Source of the DNA: Terriglobia bacterium
Lineage (GTDB): Bacteria > Acidobacteriota > Polarisedimenticolia > Polarisedimenticolales > JAIQFR01
Direction: 5' to 3'
DNA: 64,000 nt
Assembly (NCBI GenBank): GCA_963748015.1
Contig: CAVVHE010000004.1
Location: 1,472,001 to 1,536,000, forward strand
A model generated the notes under the pieces. That model had not been told where the DNA came from and searched no databases. It worked only from the letters and a program-made list of their open reading frames with translations. The translations under genes and the position numbers were made by a program. This document shows, in pieces, positions 1 through 10,117 of the stretch. The first letter of the stretch is position 1. Every line of letters begins with the position of its first letter.

Positions 1-960
1 GATCCCCGCCTGCGGCCCGCCCAGCAGCTTGTCGCAGCTGAAGGTGACGACGTCGGCGCCCGCCTCGAGGATCCTCCGAACCGGGATCTCGTCCGCGATG
101 CCGAGCGGCGACAGGTCGACGAGGTCCCCGCTCCCCCAGTCCACGACCAGCGGGATCCCCGCCTTCCGCGCGACGGCGGCGAGCTCCTCGATCGGCGTCT
201 CCTCCGCGAAGCCGACGATCTTGAAGTTGCTGGTGTGCACCTTCAGGATCATCCCCGTCTTCGCCCCGAGCGCCGCCGCGTAGTCGGACTTGCGGGTGCG
301 GTTCGTGGTGCCCACCTCCCGGAGCTTCGCCCCCGACGCGGCGAGGATCTCGGGCACGCGGAACGAGCCGCCGATCTCGACGAGCTCCCCGCGCGACACG
401 ATCACTTCCCTGCCGCGCGCGAGCGCCCGCAGCGCCAGGAGGATCGCCGCCGCGTTGTTGTTCACCGCCGCGAACGCGCTCCCCGGGAACAGCCGCGCGA
501 GCAACGGATCGAGGTGGGACATGCGGCTCCCGCGGGCCCCGCTCGCGAGGTCGAGCTCGAGATCGACGTAAGCCGATGCCGTGGCGGCCACCCGCCCCGC
601 CGCCGCCTCCGAGAGGACGGACCGCCCGAGGTTGGTGTGGGCGACGACGCCGGTCGCGTTGATCACGATCCTGGGCGAGGGAGCGAGCAGCCCCGCGGCC
701 CGGGTGCCCACGGCCCGGGCGAGCGCTTCCGGGGACGACGATTCCAGGAGCGCGGGCCCGGACGAGCGCCCCTCGCGCGCCGATCGTCTCAGCCCATCGA
801 TCTCCTCGCGCAGCAAGCCGGTGACGAGACCGGCCCCGAACGCTTTCCCGAGGCTCTCGAAGCCCGGACTCTCGAGGACCTTCCCGACCGCCGGCAGCCC
901 CCGCAGGTCCACCCGGCTCCCGGCCCCCCGCTTGCCCGGTTTCCGACGCTTCATTTGCAT
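1..960 (-). CDS. selA: L-seryl-tRNA(Sec) selenium transferase (3' end runs off the window)
   Basis: Manual minus-strand translation gives VINATGVVAHTNLGRS, VNNNAAAILL, SRGELVEIGGSFRVPEI, EVGTTNRT, KVHTSNF and FSCDKLLGGPQAGI, all SelA motifs. Start is ATG at 960 or 954. Absent from the ORF track because no stop lies in the window. Confidence 0.93.
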   Translation of the reverse strand, partial: MQMKRRKPGKRGAGSRVDLRGLPAVGKVLESPGFESLGKAFGAGLVTGLLREEIDGLRRSAREGRSSGPALLESSSPEALARAVGTRAAGLLAPSPRIVINATGVVAHTNLGRSVLSEAAAGRVAATASAYVDLELDLASGARGSRMSHLDPLLARLFPGSAFAAVNNNAAAILLALRALARGREVIVSRGELVEIGGSFRVPEILAASGAKLREVGTTNRTRKSDYAAALGAKTGMILKVHTSNFKIVGFAEETPIEELAAVARKAGIPLVVDWGSGDLVDLSPLGIADEIPVRRILEAGADVVTFSCDKLLGGPQAGI

Positions 961-1049
961 CGCCTTCCCCCCGTTCCTATATTTTGTCGCGGGCCGGTTC
1001 GCCCCAAAAGTCCGCCTCAGGAACAGGCGAGTATACGGAGAAACCGCTC

Positions 1050-1622
1050 GTGACGGATCGGCCGAACGGCGAGATCGAGGCCGAGCTCGAGCGTCTCGAG
1101 AACGGGCTCCGCCAGCTCAAGATCCAGTACGACATGTTCTTCGCCGGGGCGATTCCCAAGCAGCCCCTCGAGCTCCGCGCCGCGCTCGAGCGCGTCATCA
1201 AGCGCTACACGAGCGCGCCGCTCCGGAAGTACTCGCACCGTTTCCACTTCAACTCGCTCGCGGCCCGCTACAACAGCTTCTCCGAGCTCTGGGCGAAGAC
1301 CCTCAAGGGAATGGAGGAGGGCAACCGGAGCGCCCCCGCCCTTCACGACAGGGTAGCCCCCGGCGCGGAACGGATCCTTGCCCGGTGCCTGATCCACGAC
1401 GCCGCCGCGGAGCAAGAGGCCCTGAAGCTCCTGCACGAGCGCTTCCTCACCGCCCGCCGCAAAGCCGAGGGGAACGGGACCAAGGTCAGCTTCGAGTCGT
1501 TCCTGCGCGGGGTTTCGGCGCAGGCGGAGCGCCTCCGCGAGAAATCGGGCTGCGACCAGGTCGAGTTGCGCCTCGTCGTTCACGAGGGTAAGGTCTTACT
1601 GAAAGCACGCCCCAGCCGTTGA
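1050..1622 (+). CDS. MXAN_5187 C-terminal-domain-like helical protein
   Basis: LERLENGLRQLKIQYDMFFAG...RFHFNSLAARYNSFSELW...EEG resembles this family. GTG at 1050 is preceded by GGAG. Confidence 0.6.
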   Translation: MTDRPNGEIEAELERLENGLRQLKIQYDMFFAGAIPKQPLELRAALERVIKRYTSAPLRKYSHRFHFNSLAARYNSFSELWAKTLKGMEEGNRSAPALHDRVAPGAERILARCLIHDAAAEQEALKLLHERFLTARRKAEGNGTKVSFESFLRGVSAQAERLREKSGCDQVELRLVVHEGKVLLKARPSR

Positions 1623-1644
1623 TCCGGGGCGGCGGGAGCTCGTC

Positions 1645-2712
1645 ATGAGGCGCCGCGGCGCGGTCGGTGGGATCCTTCTCCTTTCGCTCGCCCTCGGCGG
1701 CTTTTCCGCCGGGATGACCTTGGCCGCGGATCCCGCCCCGCAAGCGGCCGAGGCCGCCGCCGAAACGCCGAAGAAGAAGTCCTTCTGGGACAAGCTCCGC
1801 CTGCGAGGCAAGAAGACCGAGACCGAGGCCGCGCCCGCCGCGGCCCCCGCAGGACAGGCAGCGGCGCCGGCCGGACAGGCAACGGCGCCGGCCGGACAGG
1901 CCGCCGCACCGGCGAAGACGTCCGCACCCGCTTCGAGCACGGCCGCACCGGCGAACGCCTCGGCCCCCAAGCCCGTGGCCGCGGCGACCGTGACGACCGC
2001 GGCGGCGGTCGAGAAGAAGCCGGCCCCCAAGTCCCCCATGCCCTCCTCGCTCGCGAAGACCCAGGCCCGCATGCAGAAAAGTCCGCTCGCCGCCGACCCG
2101 GCGTCCAAGGCTCTCCTCGACGCCGTGGAGAGCCCATCCGTGACGGGAGACCAGGTCAACCAGCTCGCCGTCCTCCTCGGCCGGCGCGGCGCCTACCGGG
2201 ACGCGATCGCTTACCAGGACTGGGCCGTCAAGCTCACTCCCAACGACCCGAGCTACTGGATCAACCTCGGCACGCTGCACCGGGCGCTCGACGAGCAGTC
2301 CGCGGCGGGCTCCGCCTACAAGCGCGCCCTCGAGATTGATCCCAACAACGGCGCCGCGCACTACAACCTCGGCGCGGTGTACGAGAGGCAGGGCGACTAC
2401 GACAACGCGGTGGATCAGTACCGCATCGCGCTCATCCTCGACCCGAAGCTGGCTGATCCGAAGGTCAACCCGCAGGTCGTCAACAACGAGCGGTTGATGG
2501 TCGTGCAGCTCCTGAACTACTCGAGACAGGCCGGCTCGACGAGCCTCCCGTTGATGGGCGCGCCGCCCGTTGCCGCGCCCCCGGCACCGGCCAAGGCTCC
2601 CACCGCGGCACCCGCGGCTCCGCCGAAAACCCCCGTCCCGGCTCCTGCCCAGGCTCCCCCGGCCGGGCAGCGCCCCCCCGCCACCGGCACGACGCAGGAA
2701 ACCAAGAAGTAG
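1645..2712 (+). CDS. Exported TPR protein with Ala/Pro-rich linkers
   Basis: N-terminal signal peptide; TPR motifs YWINLGTLH..., AHYNLGAVYERQGDYDNAV. Confidence 0.8.
   Translation: MRRRGAVGGILLLSLALGGFSAGMTLAADPAPQAAEAAAETPKKKSFWDKLRLRGKKTETEAAPAAAPAGQAAAPAGQATAPAGQAAAPAKTSAPASSTAAPANASAPKPVAAATVTTAAAVEKKPAPKSPMPSSLAKTQARMQKSPLAADPASKALLDAVESPSVTGDQVNQLAVLLGRRGAYRDAIAYQDWAVKLTPNDPSYWINLGTLHRALDEQSAAGSAYKRALEIDPNNGAAHYNLGAVYERQGDYDNAVDQYRIALILDPKLADPKVNPQVVNNERLMVVQLLNYSRQAGSTSLPLMGAPPVAAPPAPAKAPTAAPAAPPKTPVPAPAQAPPAGQRPPATGTTQETKK
1840..1914 (+). repeat. Three and a half imperfect 21-nt coding tandem repeats (AAPAGQA)
   Basis: gcggcccccgcaggacaggca / gcggcgccggccggacaggca / acggcgccggccggacaggcc / gccgcaccggcg. 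Confidence 0.8.
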
Positions 2713-2786
2713 GCGCCCCGCAAGGGCCTGCAAAGGCGCCCGCGCGACCCCGCGCCGCGCTCCCGATCTGTTAAACTCCGCCCCTC

Positions 2787-3557
2787 ATGGCGTCCTTCCG
2801 GCCGATCGCGCTCGCCGTCCTCCTCTCGCTCGCCGCCGCTCCGGCGCGGGCGTGGACCCCTCGCACGCGCGTCCAGATGGTCGACGAGGCCGTGCGCCTC
2901 TTGCCCGCATCGCTTCGCCTCGCGATCGAGCACCGCAGGGAGCCCCTCCTCCGAGGCATGCTCGAGCCGATGACCGGCGAGGACGGCCCGGGCCACCGTC
3001 CCCCGTGGCAGGGCGGCACCCTCGACGCCGAGATCGCGGAGCGGGCCGCGGCGCTCGTCCGGTCCGTGGAGTCCGCCGCGCCCTTCGACGAGGTCGCGCG
3101 CTCCTTCGGCGCCCTCGCCCACTTCGTCGCGGACGCCGGGTATCCTCCTGGCGCCGCGGGGGCAGGCGGGGCCGCGCGCTACGCCGATTTCGCGTCGTTC
3201 TGCGAGTCGCGACGTCCCCGCTTCCCGCTCGTCTTCTATGGCTACGACGATCCCGACCTCGCTCGCGGGGACTTCCGGGGGTTCGCCCGGCGCGTCCTCG
3301 AGCGCGCGCGGAAGGAGTTCCCGAGCCTCGAGCGCGCGTACGCCGCGGCCGGGACGCCTCCCGACCCGGCTGCTTTCGACGACCGCTCGGTGCCCTTCGC
3401 CGTGGCGTCCCTTTCCTACTCGAACGCCGTGACCGACATCGCGAAAGCGTGGCTGGCGGCGTGGCAGGCCGCCCACGGCGACGTGGGACGCACCCCGTAT
3501 CGCGCCCCGCGCGCCGTTTCGCCCGAGGACAGGAAGAAGGAAGAAAGGAACCCGTGA
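2787..3557 (+). CDS. Secreted protein, possible phospholipase C/P1-nuclease-like fold
   Basis: Signal peptide ending ARA-W; GALAHFVAD motif; helical C-terminal YSNAVTDIAKAW. Stop overlaps the purH start. Confidence 0.55.
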   Translation: MASFRPIALAVLLSLAAAPARAWTPRTRVQMVDEAVRLLPASLRLAIEHRREPLLRGMLEPMTGEDGPGHRPPWQGGTLDAEIAERAAALVRSVESAAPFDEVARSFGALAHFVADAGYPPGAAGAGGAARYADFASFCESRRPRFPLVFYGYDDPDLARGDFRGFARRVLERARKEFPSLERAYAAAGTPPDPAAFDDRSVPFAVASLSYSNAVTDIAKAWLAAWQAAHGDVGRTPYRAPRAVSPEDRKKEERNP

Positions 3558-5131
3558 TGGTCGAACCGATCGGCCGGGCCCTCGTGAGCGCATTCGACAA
3601 GGAAGGCATCGTCCCGTTCTGCCGGGACCTCTACGCCGCCGGGATCGAGCTCCTCTCCACCGGAGGGACGGCGCGCCTCCTCAAGGAGAACGGGGTGCCC
3701 GTCGTCAGGGTGTCCGAGCGGACAGGGTTCCCCGAGATGCTCGACGGCCGCGTCAAGACGCTCCACCCGCGGATCCACGCGGGGATCCTCGCCGTGCGCT
3801 CGGACGCGAGGCACATGGAGGACCTGAAGCGGTCGGGCATCGACCCGATCGACCTCGTCGTGTCGAACCTCTACCCGTTCGAGAAGACCGCCTCGATGGA
3901 GGGGATCGGCCTCGCCGAGGTCGTGGAGATGATCGACGTGGGCGGGCCCACGATGGTGCGAGCCGCGGCCAAGAACTTCGCCCACGTGGGGGTCGTGGTG
4001 GACCCCTCGGACTACGGATGGGTGCTCGACGAGATCCGGGACGAGGGGGGCCTGTCGTCCGAGAGCCGCCTGCGCCTCGCGGTCAAGGCGTTCCGCCACA
4101 CGTGCGCCTACGACGCCGCCGTTTCCGCGTACCTGAGCCGGATCGGCCCCGGAGGAGCGCTTCCCGGGGCCGCGAGCGGAGGCTTCCCCGAGAAGCTCGA
4201 GATGAGCTTCTTCAAGTCGCTCGACCTGGTGTACGGGGAGAACCCGCACCAGCGGGCCGCCTTCTACCGCGATCCCCTGGCGACCGGCCCCTCGGTCAGC
4301 CGCGCCGTCCAGCTCCAGGGGAAGCCGCTCTCGTTCAACAACATCCTCGACTTCGACGGAGCGCTGATCCTCGTGGCGGCCTTCCGCGGCGAGGCGTGCG
4401 CGATCGTCAAGCACGGCAATCCCTGCGGCGCCGCCCTGGGACGAGACGCTGCCGACGCGTTCCGCAAGGCGCTCGAGTGCGATCCGCAGAGCGCGTTCGG
4501 AGGCGTCATCTCGTTCAACTCCGCGGTCGACCGGGAGGCCGCCGAGGCCGTGGCCGAGGCGTTCTACGAGGGGGTGGTCGCCCCCGCCTTCGAGGAGGGG
4601 GCGAGGGAGATCCTGGGCCGCAAGAAGAACCTCAGGCTCCTCCAGTGCGGAAACCTCTCCGGCTTCGTCCGCTCTGGCTGGGACCTCCGCCGCGTGAGCG
4701 GGGGCCTACTCGCCCAGGACTGGGACGACGCGCCGGATCCGATCGCCGAGGCGAAGGTCGTGACGCGCCGCGCGCCGACCGAGCAGGAATGGAAGGCGAT
4801 GGAGTTCGCCTGGACGGTCGTCCGGAACGTCAAGTCGAACGCGATCGTGTACGCCCTTCCCGACCGGACCGTGGGGATCGGGGCGGGCCAGATGAGCCGC
4901 GTGGATTCCGCGCGCTTCGGTATCGAGAAGGCCCGCCGGTCGCTTCAGGGGGCGGTGGTGGCGTCCGACGCGTTCTTCCCGTTCCGCGACGGGCTCGACG
5001 TCGCCGCCGGCGCCGGGGTGACCGCGGCGATCCAGCCGGGCGGCTCGATCCGCGACCAGGAAGTGATCGCCGCGGCCGACGAGCACGGGATGGCGATGGT
5101 GTTCATCGGCCGGCGCCACTTCCGTCACTGA
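3557..5131 (+). CDS. purH: Bifunctional AICAR formyltransferase/IMP cyclohydrolase
   Basis: [75 protein letters not shown]. Confidence 0.97.
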   Translation: MVEPIGRALVSAFDKEGIVPFCRDLYAAGIELLSTGGTARLLKENGVPVVRVSERTGFPEMLDGRVKTLHPRIHAGILAVRSDARHMEDLKRSGIDPIDLVVSNLYPFEKTASMEGIGLAEVVEMIDVGGPTMVRAAAKNFAHVGVVVDPSDYGWVLDEIRDEGGLSSESRLRLAVKAFRHTCAYDAAVSAYLSRIGPGGALPGAASGGFPEKLEMSFFKSLDLVYGENPHQRAAFYRDPLATGPSVSRAVQLQGKPLSFNNILDFDGALILVAAFRGEACAIVKHGNPCGAALGRDAADAFRKALECDPQSAFGGVISFNSAVDREAAEAVAEAFYEGVVAPAFEEGAREILGRKKNLRLLQCGNLSGFVRSGWDLRRVSGGLLAQDWDDAPDPIAEAKVVTRRAPTEQEWKAMEFAWTVVRNVKSNAIVYALPDRTVGIGAGQMSRVDSARFGIEKARRSLQGAVVASDAFFPFRDGLDVAAGAGVTAAIQPGGSIRDQEVIAAADEHGMAMVFIGRRHFRH

Positions 5132-5134
5132 GTC

Positions 5135-7153
5135 TCATTCGTCGAACTTGCGGAACGGTATCCCCTCGGCCGCGTCGTAGAACGCGCGGTCCTTCGGCGC
5201 CGCCTGGAACCTCTGGGCCATGTTCCTCGCCCGGAGGACGTCGGGATCGCCCGGGCGGATCTGGAGCGCCTCGGCGAAGTGCTCCTGCGCTTCCTTGCAG
5301 TTGCCGGCGCGCAGCGACACCAGGCCGTTGTTGAACCAGGCGTTGGCCTTGTGGCGCTCGATCTCCGCCGCGTACCGCCCCTCCGGTATCCGGTACAGGA
5401 TCTTGAGGGCCGGGGTGAACTCCCCTTCCGCGAACATCGTCTTCGCGCGATCGATCTGTTCTCGCTCCGCCTTTTGCGCTTTGTACTGCTCCCCCGCGAG
5501 CGCGAGTCCCGTTCTCGCCTCGTCGAAGCCCGGGTCGAGCGTCAGCGCTGCGTTGTACGCGATGACCGCGGCGGCGTAGTCGCCGGCGTCCACCGCCGCC
5601 TTCGCGCGCGCCATCGCCTCGGAAGCGCTCTTCACGCCGGGCATCGGCGCGGGAGCGGGCGCGGCGGCGGTCGTGGGCCGGGGCTTCGGCGCGGGCTTCG
5701 CCTCGGCCTTGGCCCGCGCGGGCGGAGAGGCCGCGGAGCTCTTGCCGCGGATCATGGGGACGACGAAGAACAGGATCGCGCCGACGGCCACGACGGCCAC
5801 GAGGAGCCCCACTCCCGCGAGCAGCGGCCACGGCAGCGAGGACCTTCTCGGCGCGGCCGAGCGCGCCGGGGTCGCCGCGGCGAGATCGAGGTCCGCCTCG
5901 GCCCGGCCCGACGAGCGGTGGAGAGCCGTCAGGATCGGATCCGCGGGCGCTGCGCGTTCCTGGAGGAGAATCGCGGCGGACAACGGCTCGGCCGCGAAGG
6001 TGCGGGGGCCCGTCGGGGTGTTCGCGTCCCCTTCCTCGAGCCTCGGCGCGGGTTGCAGCAGGTCCTCTCCCTGGAAATCGGTCAGCGGCGTTCCCGCCGC
6101 CCCGCCGAACGCGGTTCCTTCCCGCGCCGCCAGCGCCGAGTCCGTCTTCTCGAGGTAGTCGAGGGCCTCGATGTGCCCGGGGTACCGGTCCAGGACGTTC
6201 CGGAAATGCGTCCTCGCCTCGTCGAGCCGGCCCTTCTCGTAGCTCTCGACGCCCTCCGCCAGCCAGTTCTCCACGTCACGGGAGGACTGGCCCTGGATGG
6301 CGCGGAGCCGTTCCTCCATCTCCACCGCCTCCTCGTTCTGCTCGTCGAGGATGAAGACGCGGGAGAGGATGGCGAGCGCCTCGTCGACGCGGCCGCTCGT
6401 TTCCTCCTGCCGCGCCTCTTCGAGAAGGTCGCTCACCCGCCGCTTCAGCTCCGCCGCCGCGGCGTCGCCTCCCGCGGGCGGAGTCTCCTCCCGCGCCGCG
6501 GGAACGGCCGGTGCCGCCCCCGCGGGCGGTGCCTGGGGCGCGCCCGCAGGCGGCCTCGCCGATTCGAGCCGGGTCGAGAGCGTGTCGAGGACCGCCAGGT
6601 CCGTCGCGTGGGGATCCCCGGCCCCGGCCGCGCTCCCGCATTGGCGCAGCAGGTTCGTCGCCTCGAAATGGTGGGGGTCCACCGAGAGGATCCTCCGGCA
6701 GGCGGCCTCGGCCTCGACGATCCGCCCGGCCACGAGGCCGGCGTTGGCAAGGACGAGCTGCTCCTGGATGAACGGCTCGGCTTCGAGCGCGATGCGGGCG
6801 CGGTTTTGAGCTTCGAGCACCGAGGGGTCCGACGGGAACTCCGCCGCGAGCGCTTCCGCCGCGCCGGCCGCGCCTTGGAGGTCTCCGGCCTCCATGCGGG
6901 CATCCACCTCGTCGATGCGCCGCCTCAGCTCGGCCGGATCGCTCCGACCGAAAGCGACGTCCGGCATCGGGGGCATCGCGTTCGGGCTGCCTTCCGCGAG
7001 CATCGCGGCGAGACGGACGCCCTCGAGCGCCTGCTCGTCGCCGGGGTCGATCCGGAGCACCGACTGCCACGCGGCGAGCGCTTCGCGATAGTCGCCGCGC
7101 AGATAGCTCTCGGATGCGCGTTCGTGCAATTGCAGCGTGTCCTGACGATCCAT
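5135..7153 (-). CDS. Membrane-anchored multi-TPR protein
   Basis: Repeated TPR-like helices on both sides of one hydrophobic segment (WPLLAGVGLLVAVVAVGAILFFVV). Start chosen at MDRQD. Confidence 0.75.
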   Translation of the reverse strand: MDRQDTLQLHERASESYLRGDYREALAAWQSVLRIDPGDEQALEGVRLAAMLAEGSPNAMPPMPDVAFGRSDPAELRRRIDEVDARMEAGDLQGAAGAAEALAAEFPSDPSVLEAQNRARIALEAEPFIQEQLVLANAGLVAGRIVEAEAACRRILSVDPHHFEATNLLRQCGSAAGAGDPHATDLAVLDTLSTRLESARPPAGAPQAPPAGAAPAVPAAREETPPAGGDAAAAELKRRVSDLLEEARQEETSGRVDEALAILSRVFILDEQNEEAVEMEERLRAIQGQSSRDVENWLAEGVESYEKGRLDEARTHFRNVLDRYPGHIEALDYLEKTDSALAAREGTAFGGAAGTPLTDFQGEDLLQPAPRLEEGDANTPTGPRTFAAEPLSAAILLQERAAPADPILTALHRSSGRAEADLDLAAATPARSAAPRRSSLPWPLLAGVGLLVAVVAVGAILFFVVPMIRGKSSAASPPARAKAEAKPAPKPRPTTAAAPAPAPMPGVKSASEAMARAKAAVDAGDYAAAVIAYNAALTLDPGFDEARTGLALAGEQYKAQKAEREQIDRAKTMFAEGEFTPALKILYRIPEGRYAAEIERHKANAWFNNGLVSLRAGNCKEAQEHFAEALQIRPGDPDVLRARNMAQRFQAAPKDRAFYDAAEGIPFRKFDE

Positions 7154-7235
7154 GCTCGTCCCCGTCTCGGCACACCACGGCCGGTGGGGCAAATATAGGT
7201 TTGGAGAACGAATCGGCCAGTTCGGCCGGTTGGCG

Positions 7236-7502
7236 TCAGCTGGCCTTCCGCCGGCGGGACAGGTAGGCCTCCCGGCAGCCGTCGGAGCAGAAGAAGTGCT
7301 CGCCGTCCCCCTCGCGCACCGTCAAGGCGCGGGACTTCGGCAGGAAGGTCTGGCAGATCCTGTCCCGGACCATCGCCCCCTCGAATCGCGGCACGGCCTG
7401 GCGCTGGGCCGGGCCGGCGCTGCCGAGCGTCGCCGTCATGCGGCGGAGCAGCCACCACGCGCCGATCGCGGCGACGATCAGGATGAGTAGGCGCCGGATC
7501 AC
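7236..7502 (-). CDS. Small membrane-anchored Cys-motif protein (PP0621/YHS-TRASH-like)
   Basis: N-terminal TM segment, then MVRDRICQTFLP...HFFCSDGC. GTG start overlaps the upstream stop. Confidence 0.7.
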   Translation of the reverse strand: MIRRLLILIVAAIGAWWLLRRMTATLGSAGPAQRQAVPRFEGAMVRDRICQTFLPKSRALTVREGDGEHFFCSDGCREAYLSRRRKAS

Positions 7503-8107
7503 GAGGGCTTCCCCTGCGACGCCTTCGCTCGGGCGAGGTTCTGGCGCAGCCCGTCCAGGCCGGGGGCGGCGGGGTTGACCTTCAAGAGCTTCGAGATCGC
7601 GTCGTCGGCCACCTCGAACCGGCCGAGGTCCAGTCCCGCGACCACCGCCGTGTTGTACAGCGACTGCCAGTGCGCGGGATCCGCCTCGTTCGCGCGCCGG
7701 AAGTAATCGAGCGCCTCTTCGAATCGGCGGAGCTGCTGGCAGCAGATCCCGGCGTCGGTGAGGACGTTCGAATTCTGCGGTCCGATCTCCAGCGCGCGCC
7801 GGTAGTAACCGAGCGCCTCCGCCCACCGCGAGGTGTCGTACATCAGGTTGCCGAGGTGCGTCAGGGCCTCGACGTTCTTCGGGTCCATCGCGAGTATGCG
7901 CTGTAGGTTCGCGAACTCCTCCGGCGGAACCGCTCCCGGCGGGGCGACGCCGGCCGGAGGGGAAGAGCTCGGGGAGGACGCTGCCGGCGCGCCGGAGCCG
8001 CCCGTGGCGCTCGACGTATCGCGCCCCGTGAAGTCGTAAAGGCCGTACGCGACCAGCGCGCCCAGGAGCACGCCGCCGGCGAGGTAGAGCCAGTTTTCCT
8101 TCTTCAC
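7499..8107 (-). CDS. Membrane-anchored TPR protein
   Basis: N-terminal TM segment; TPRs ALTHLGNLMYD..., VLTDAGICCQQ.... Confidence 0.75.
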   Translation of the reverse strand: MKKENWLYLAGGVLLGALVAYGLYDFTGRDTSSATGGSGAPAASSPSSSPPAGVAPPGAVPPEEFANLQRILAMDPKNVEALTHLGNLMYDTSRWAEALGYYRRALEIGPQNSNVLTDAGICCQQLRRFEEALDYFRRANEADPAHWQSLYNTAVVAGLDLGRFEVADDAISKLLKVNPAAPGLDGLRQNLARAKASQGKPS

Positions 8108-8194
8108 CCGAATCACCTCGAACGCAGCGCGAGTCACCGTAGCGCCGGGGTCCTGGGCTGTCAAGGAACGGCGAACTCGGGTAGACTCGCCGCG

Positions 8195-9304
8195 ATGGTT
8201 CGCGCGTCCGACCCCGCCCCGCCCGATCTCTACGGCCTCGACCGGGAGGCGCTGGCGGAGCGGGTCGAGGAGCTCGGCGCGAAGAGGTACCACGCGGGCC
8301 AGATCTTTCGGTGGCTCTATCACTTCCGCCGGTACGACCCCTCCGGCTGGACCGATCTCCCCCTCCCCCTTCGGGCCAGGATCGCGGGCGCGTTCCGGGT
8401 GGACCCGGGGACGATCGCAAGCCTAGCTTCAGCGCGGGACGGGACCGTCAAGTTCGGCATCGCGCTCTCCGGCGGGGGGACGGTCGAGGCCGTCGGCATG
8501 GAGCAGCGGGGGCGCGCGACGCTTTGCCTGTCGAGCCAGGTCGGCTGCGCCCTCGACTGCGATTTCTGCCTCACCGGGAAGATGGGGCTCGTTCGCCACC
8601 TCTCGCCGGGCGAGATCGTGGGACAGGTCGCGCGGATCCAGGAGGACCGGAAGATCGACGGCGCGTTCAACGTGGTCTTCATGGGGATGGGCGAGCCGCT
8701 CCACAACTACGACGGGGTGATGGCCGCGGTGCGGCTCCTCGTGGACCCGGACGGCTTCGGCCTCTCGCACAAGCGCATCACCGTCTCCACCTCGGGCCTC
8801 GTCCCGGGGATCGAGCGGCTCGCGTCCGAGACCGTGCGCCCGCGCCTCGCCGTCTCGCTCAACGCCACCACCGACGCGACGCGCGACCGGCTGATGCCGG
8901 TGAACCGCAAGTACCCGATCGCCCGGCTGCTCGAGGCGTGCCGCGCCTACGCGGGCGCGACCGGCGAGAGGTTCACCCTCGAATACGTCCTGCTCCGAGG
9001 GATCAACGACGCGGACGCGGACGTCGAGCGGCTCGCGCGGATCGTGCGCGGCCAGCGCGCGAAGCTCAACCTGATCCCGTTCAATCCCGTCCCGGGCTGG
9101 CTCGACTACCAGCCGTCCCCGAAGGCGCGAGTCGAAGCCATCCGCGACCGGCTGCTCGCGCTCAACGTTCCGGTCAGCATTCGATGGAGCCGCGGAGCGG
9201 AGGCGCGTGCCGCCTGCGGGCAGCTCGCGCTGCTCCCCGACCGGCCGAAAGACGGTGCGGCCCCGGAGGCCGGGCCTCCCGCGCCCGCCAGGAGAAATCG
9301 ATGA
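8195..9304 (+). CDS. rlmN: Dual-specificity RNA methyltransferase RlmN
   Basis: CLSSQVGCALDCDFC, VFMGMGEPLHN, EYVLL, NLIPFN, AACGQL. Confidence 0.93.
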   Translation: MVRASDPAPPDLYGLDREALAERVEELGAKRYHAGQIFRWLYHFRRYDPSGWTDLPLPLRARIAGAFRVDPGTIASLASARDGTVKFGIALSGGGTVEAVGMEQRGRATLCLSSQVGCALDCDFCLTGKMGLVRHLSPGEIVGQVARIQEDRKIDGAFNVVFMGMGEPLHNYDGVMAAVRLLVDPDGFGLSHKRITVSTSGLVPGIERLASETVRPRLAVSLNATTDATRDRLMPVNRKYPIARLLEACRAYAGATGERFTLEYVLLRGINDADADVERLARIVRGQRAKLNLIPFNPVPGWLDYQPSPKARVEAIRDRLLALNVPVSIRWSRGAEARAACGQLALLPDRPKDGAAPEAGPPAPARRNR

Positions 9305-10056
9305 TCGACCTCAGCGGAAAGTCCGTCGTCGTGACCGGCGGCTCGCGCGGCATCGGCCGCGCGTGCTGTCTCGCCCTCGCCCGCGCCGGGGCGAGGGTCT
9401 GCGTCAACTACCGGGTCGAGTCGCCGTCGGCCGAGCTCGCCGTCGAGGAGATCGAGAGCGGCGGCGGCGAGGCGTTCGCCCTCGCCGCGGACGTCTCGCG
9501 GCGCGAGGAGGCCGACATGCTCGTGGACGAGGTCGTGCACCGATTCGGCGGGCTCGACATCCTCGTGAACAACGCGGGCATCTGGAAGGGATCGCCCGTG
9601 GACGAGATGACCGACGCCGAGTGGGAAGAGACGATGGCGATCAACATGACCGGGACGTTCTTCTGCACGCGCGCTGCGGTCCCGTTCATGAAGAACGCGC
9701 GCTGGGGGCGGATCATCAACGTCTCGAGCACCGCCGGGCAGCGCGGCGAGGCGTTCCACTCGCACTACGCCGCGAGCAAGGGGGCGATGATCTCGTTCAC
9801 CAAGTCGCTCGCGGTGGAGCTGGCCCCGCACGGGATCACGGTCAACTGCGTCGCCCCCGGCTGGGTCGCCACCGACATGAGCCAGGAGTCGCTCCTCGGC
9901 CCCGAGCGCGATGCGATCCTCGCGACGATCCCCCTCGGGCGCGTCGCGCGCCCCGAGGAGATCGCCGGCGCCGTCGCCTTCCTCGCGTCCGACCTCGCCT
10001 CGTTCGTGACCGGCGAGATCTTGAACGTCAACGGCGGCGCCGTCCTGGTCGGCTAG
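9301..10056 (+). CDS. SDR family oxidoreductase (FabG-like)
   Basis: TGGSRGIG, NNAG, YAASK, NCVAPG. Confidence 0.9.
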   Translation: MIDLSGKSVVVTGGSRGIGRACCLALARAGARVCVNYRVESPSAELAVEEIESGGGEAFALAADVSRREEADMLVDEVVHRFGGLDILVNNAGIWKGSPVDEMTDAEWEETMAINMTGTFFCTRAAVPFMKNARWGRIINVSSTAGQRGEAFHSHYAASKGAMISFTKSLAVELAPHGITVNCVAPGWVATDMSQESLLGPERDAILATIPLGRVARPEEIAGAVAFLASDLASFVTGEILNVNGGAVLVG

Positions 10057-10095
10057 TCGGCGATTCGCGCTCGAGCTCGAACGCGAATCGCCGAC
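10056..10095. repeat. Perfect 14-bp inverted repeat between convergent genes (possible bidirectional terminator)
   Basis: gtcggcgattcgcg-ctcgagctcgaa-cgcgaatcgccgac; no U-tract on either strand. Confidence 0.6.
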
Positions 10096-10117
10096 CACCC
10101 GAACCGAGCCGGACCTC

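Noticed and set aside
1840..1914. 21-nt tandem repeat as a non-coding or mobile repeat
   Set aside because: It is in frame within an Ala/Pro-rich linker (AAPAGQA), an ordinary low-complexity coding repeat.
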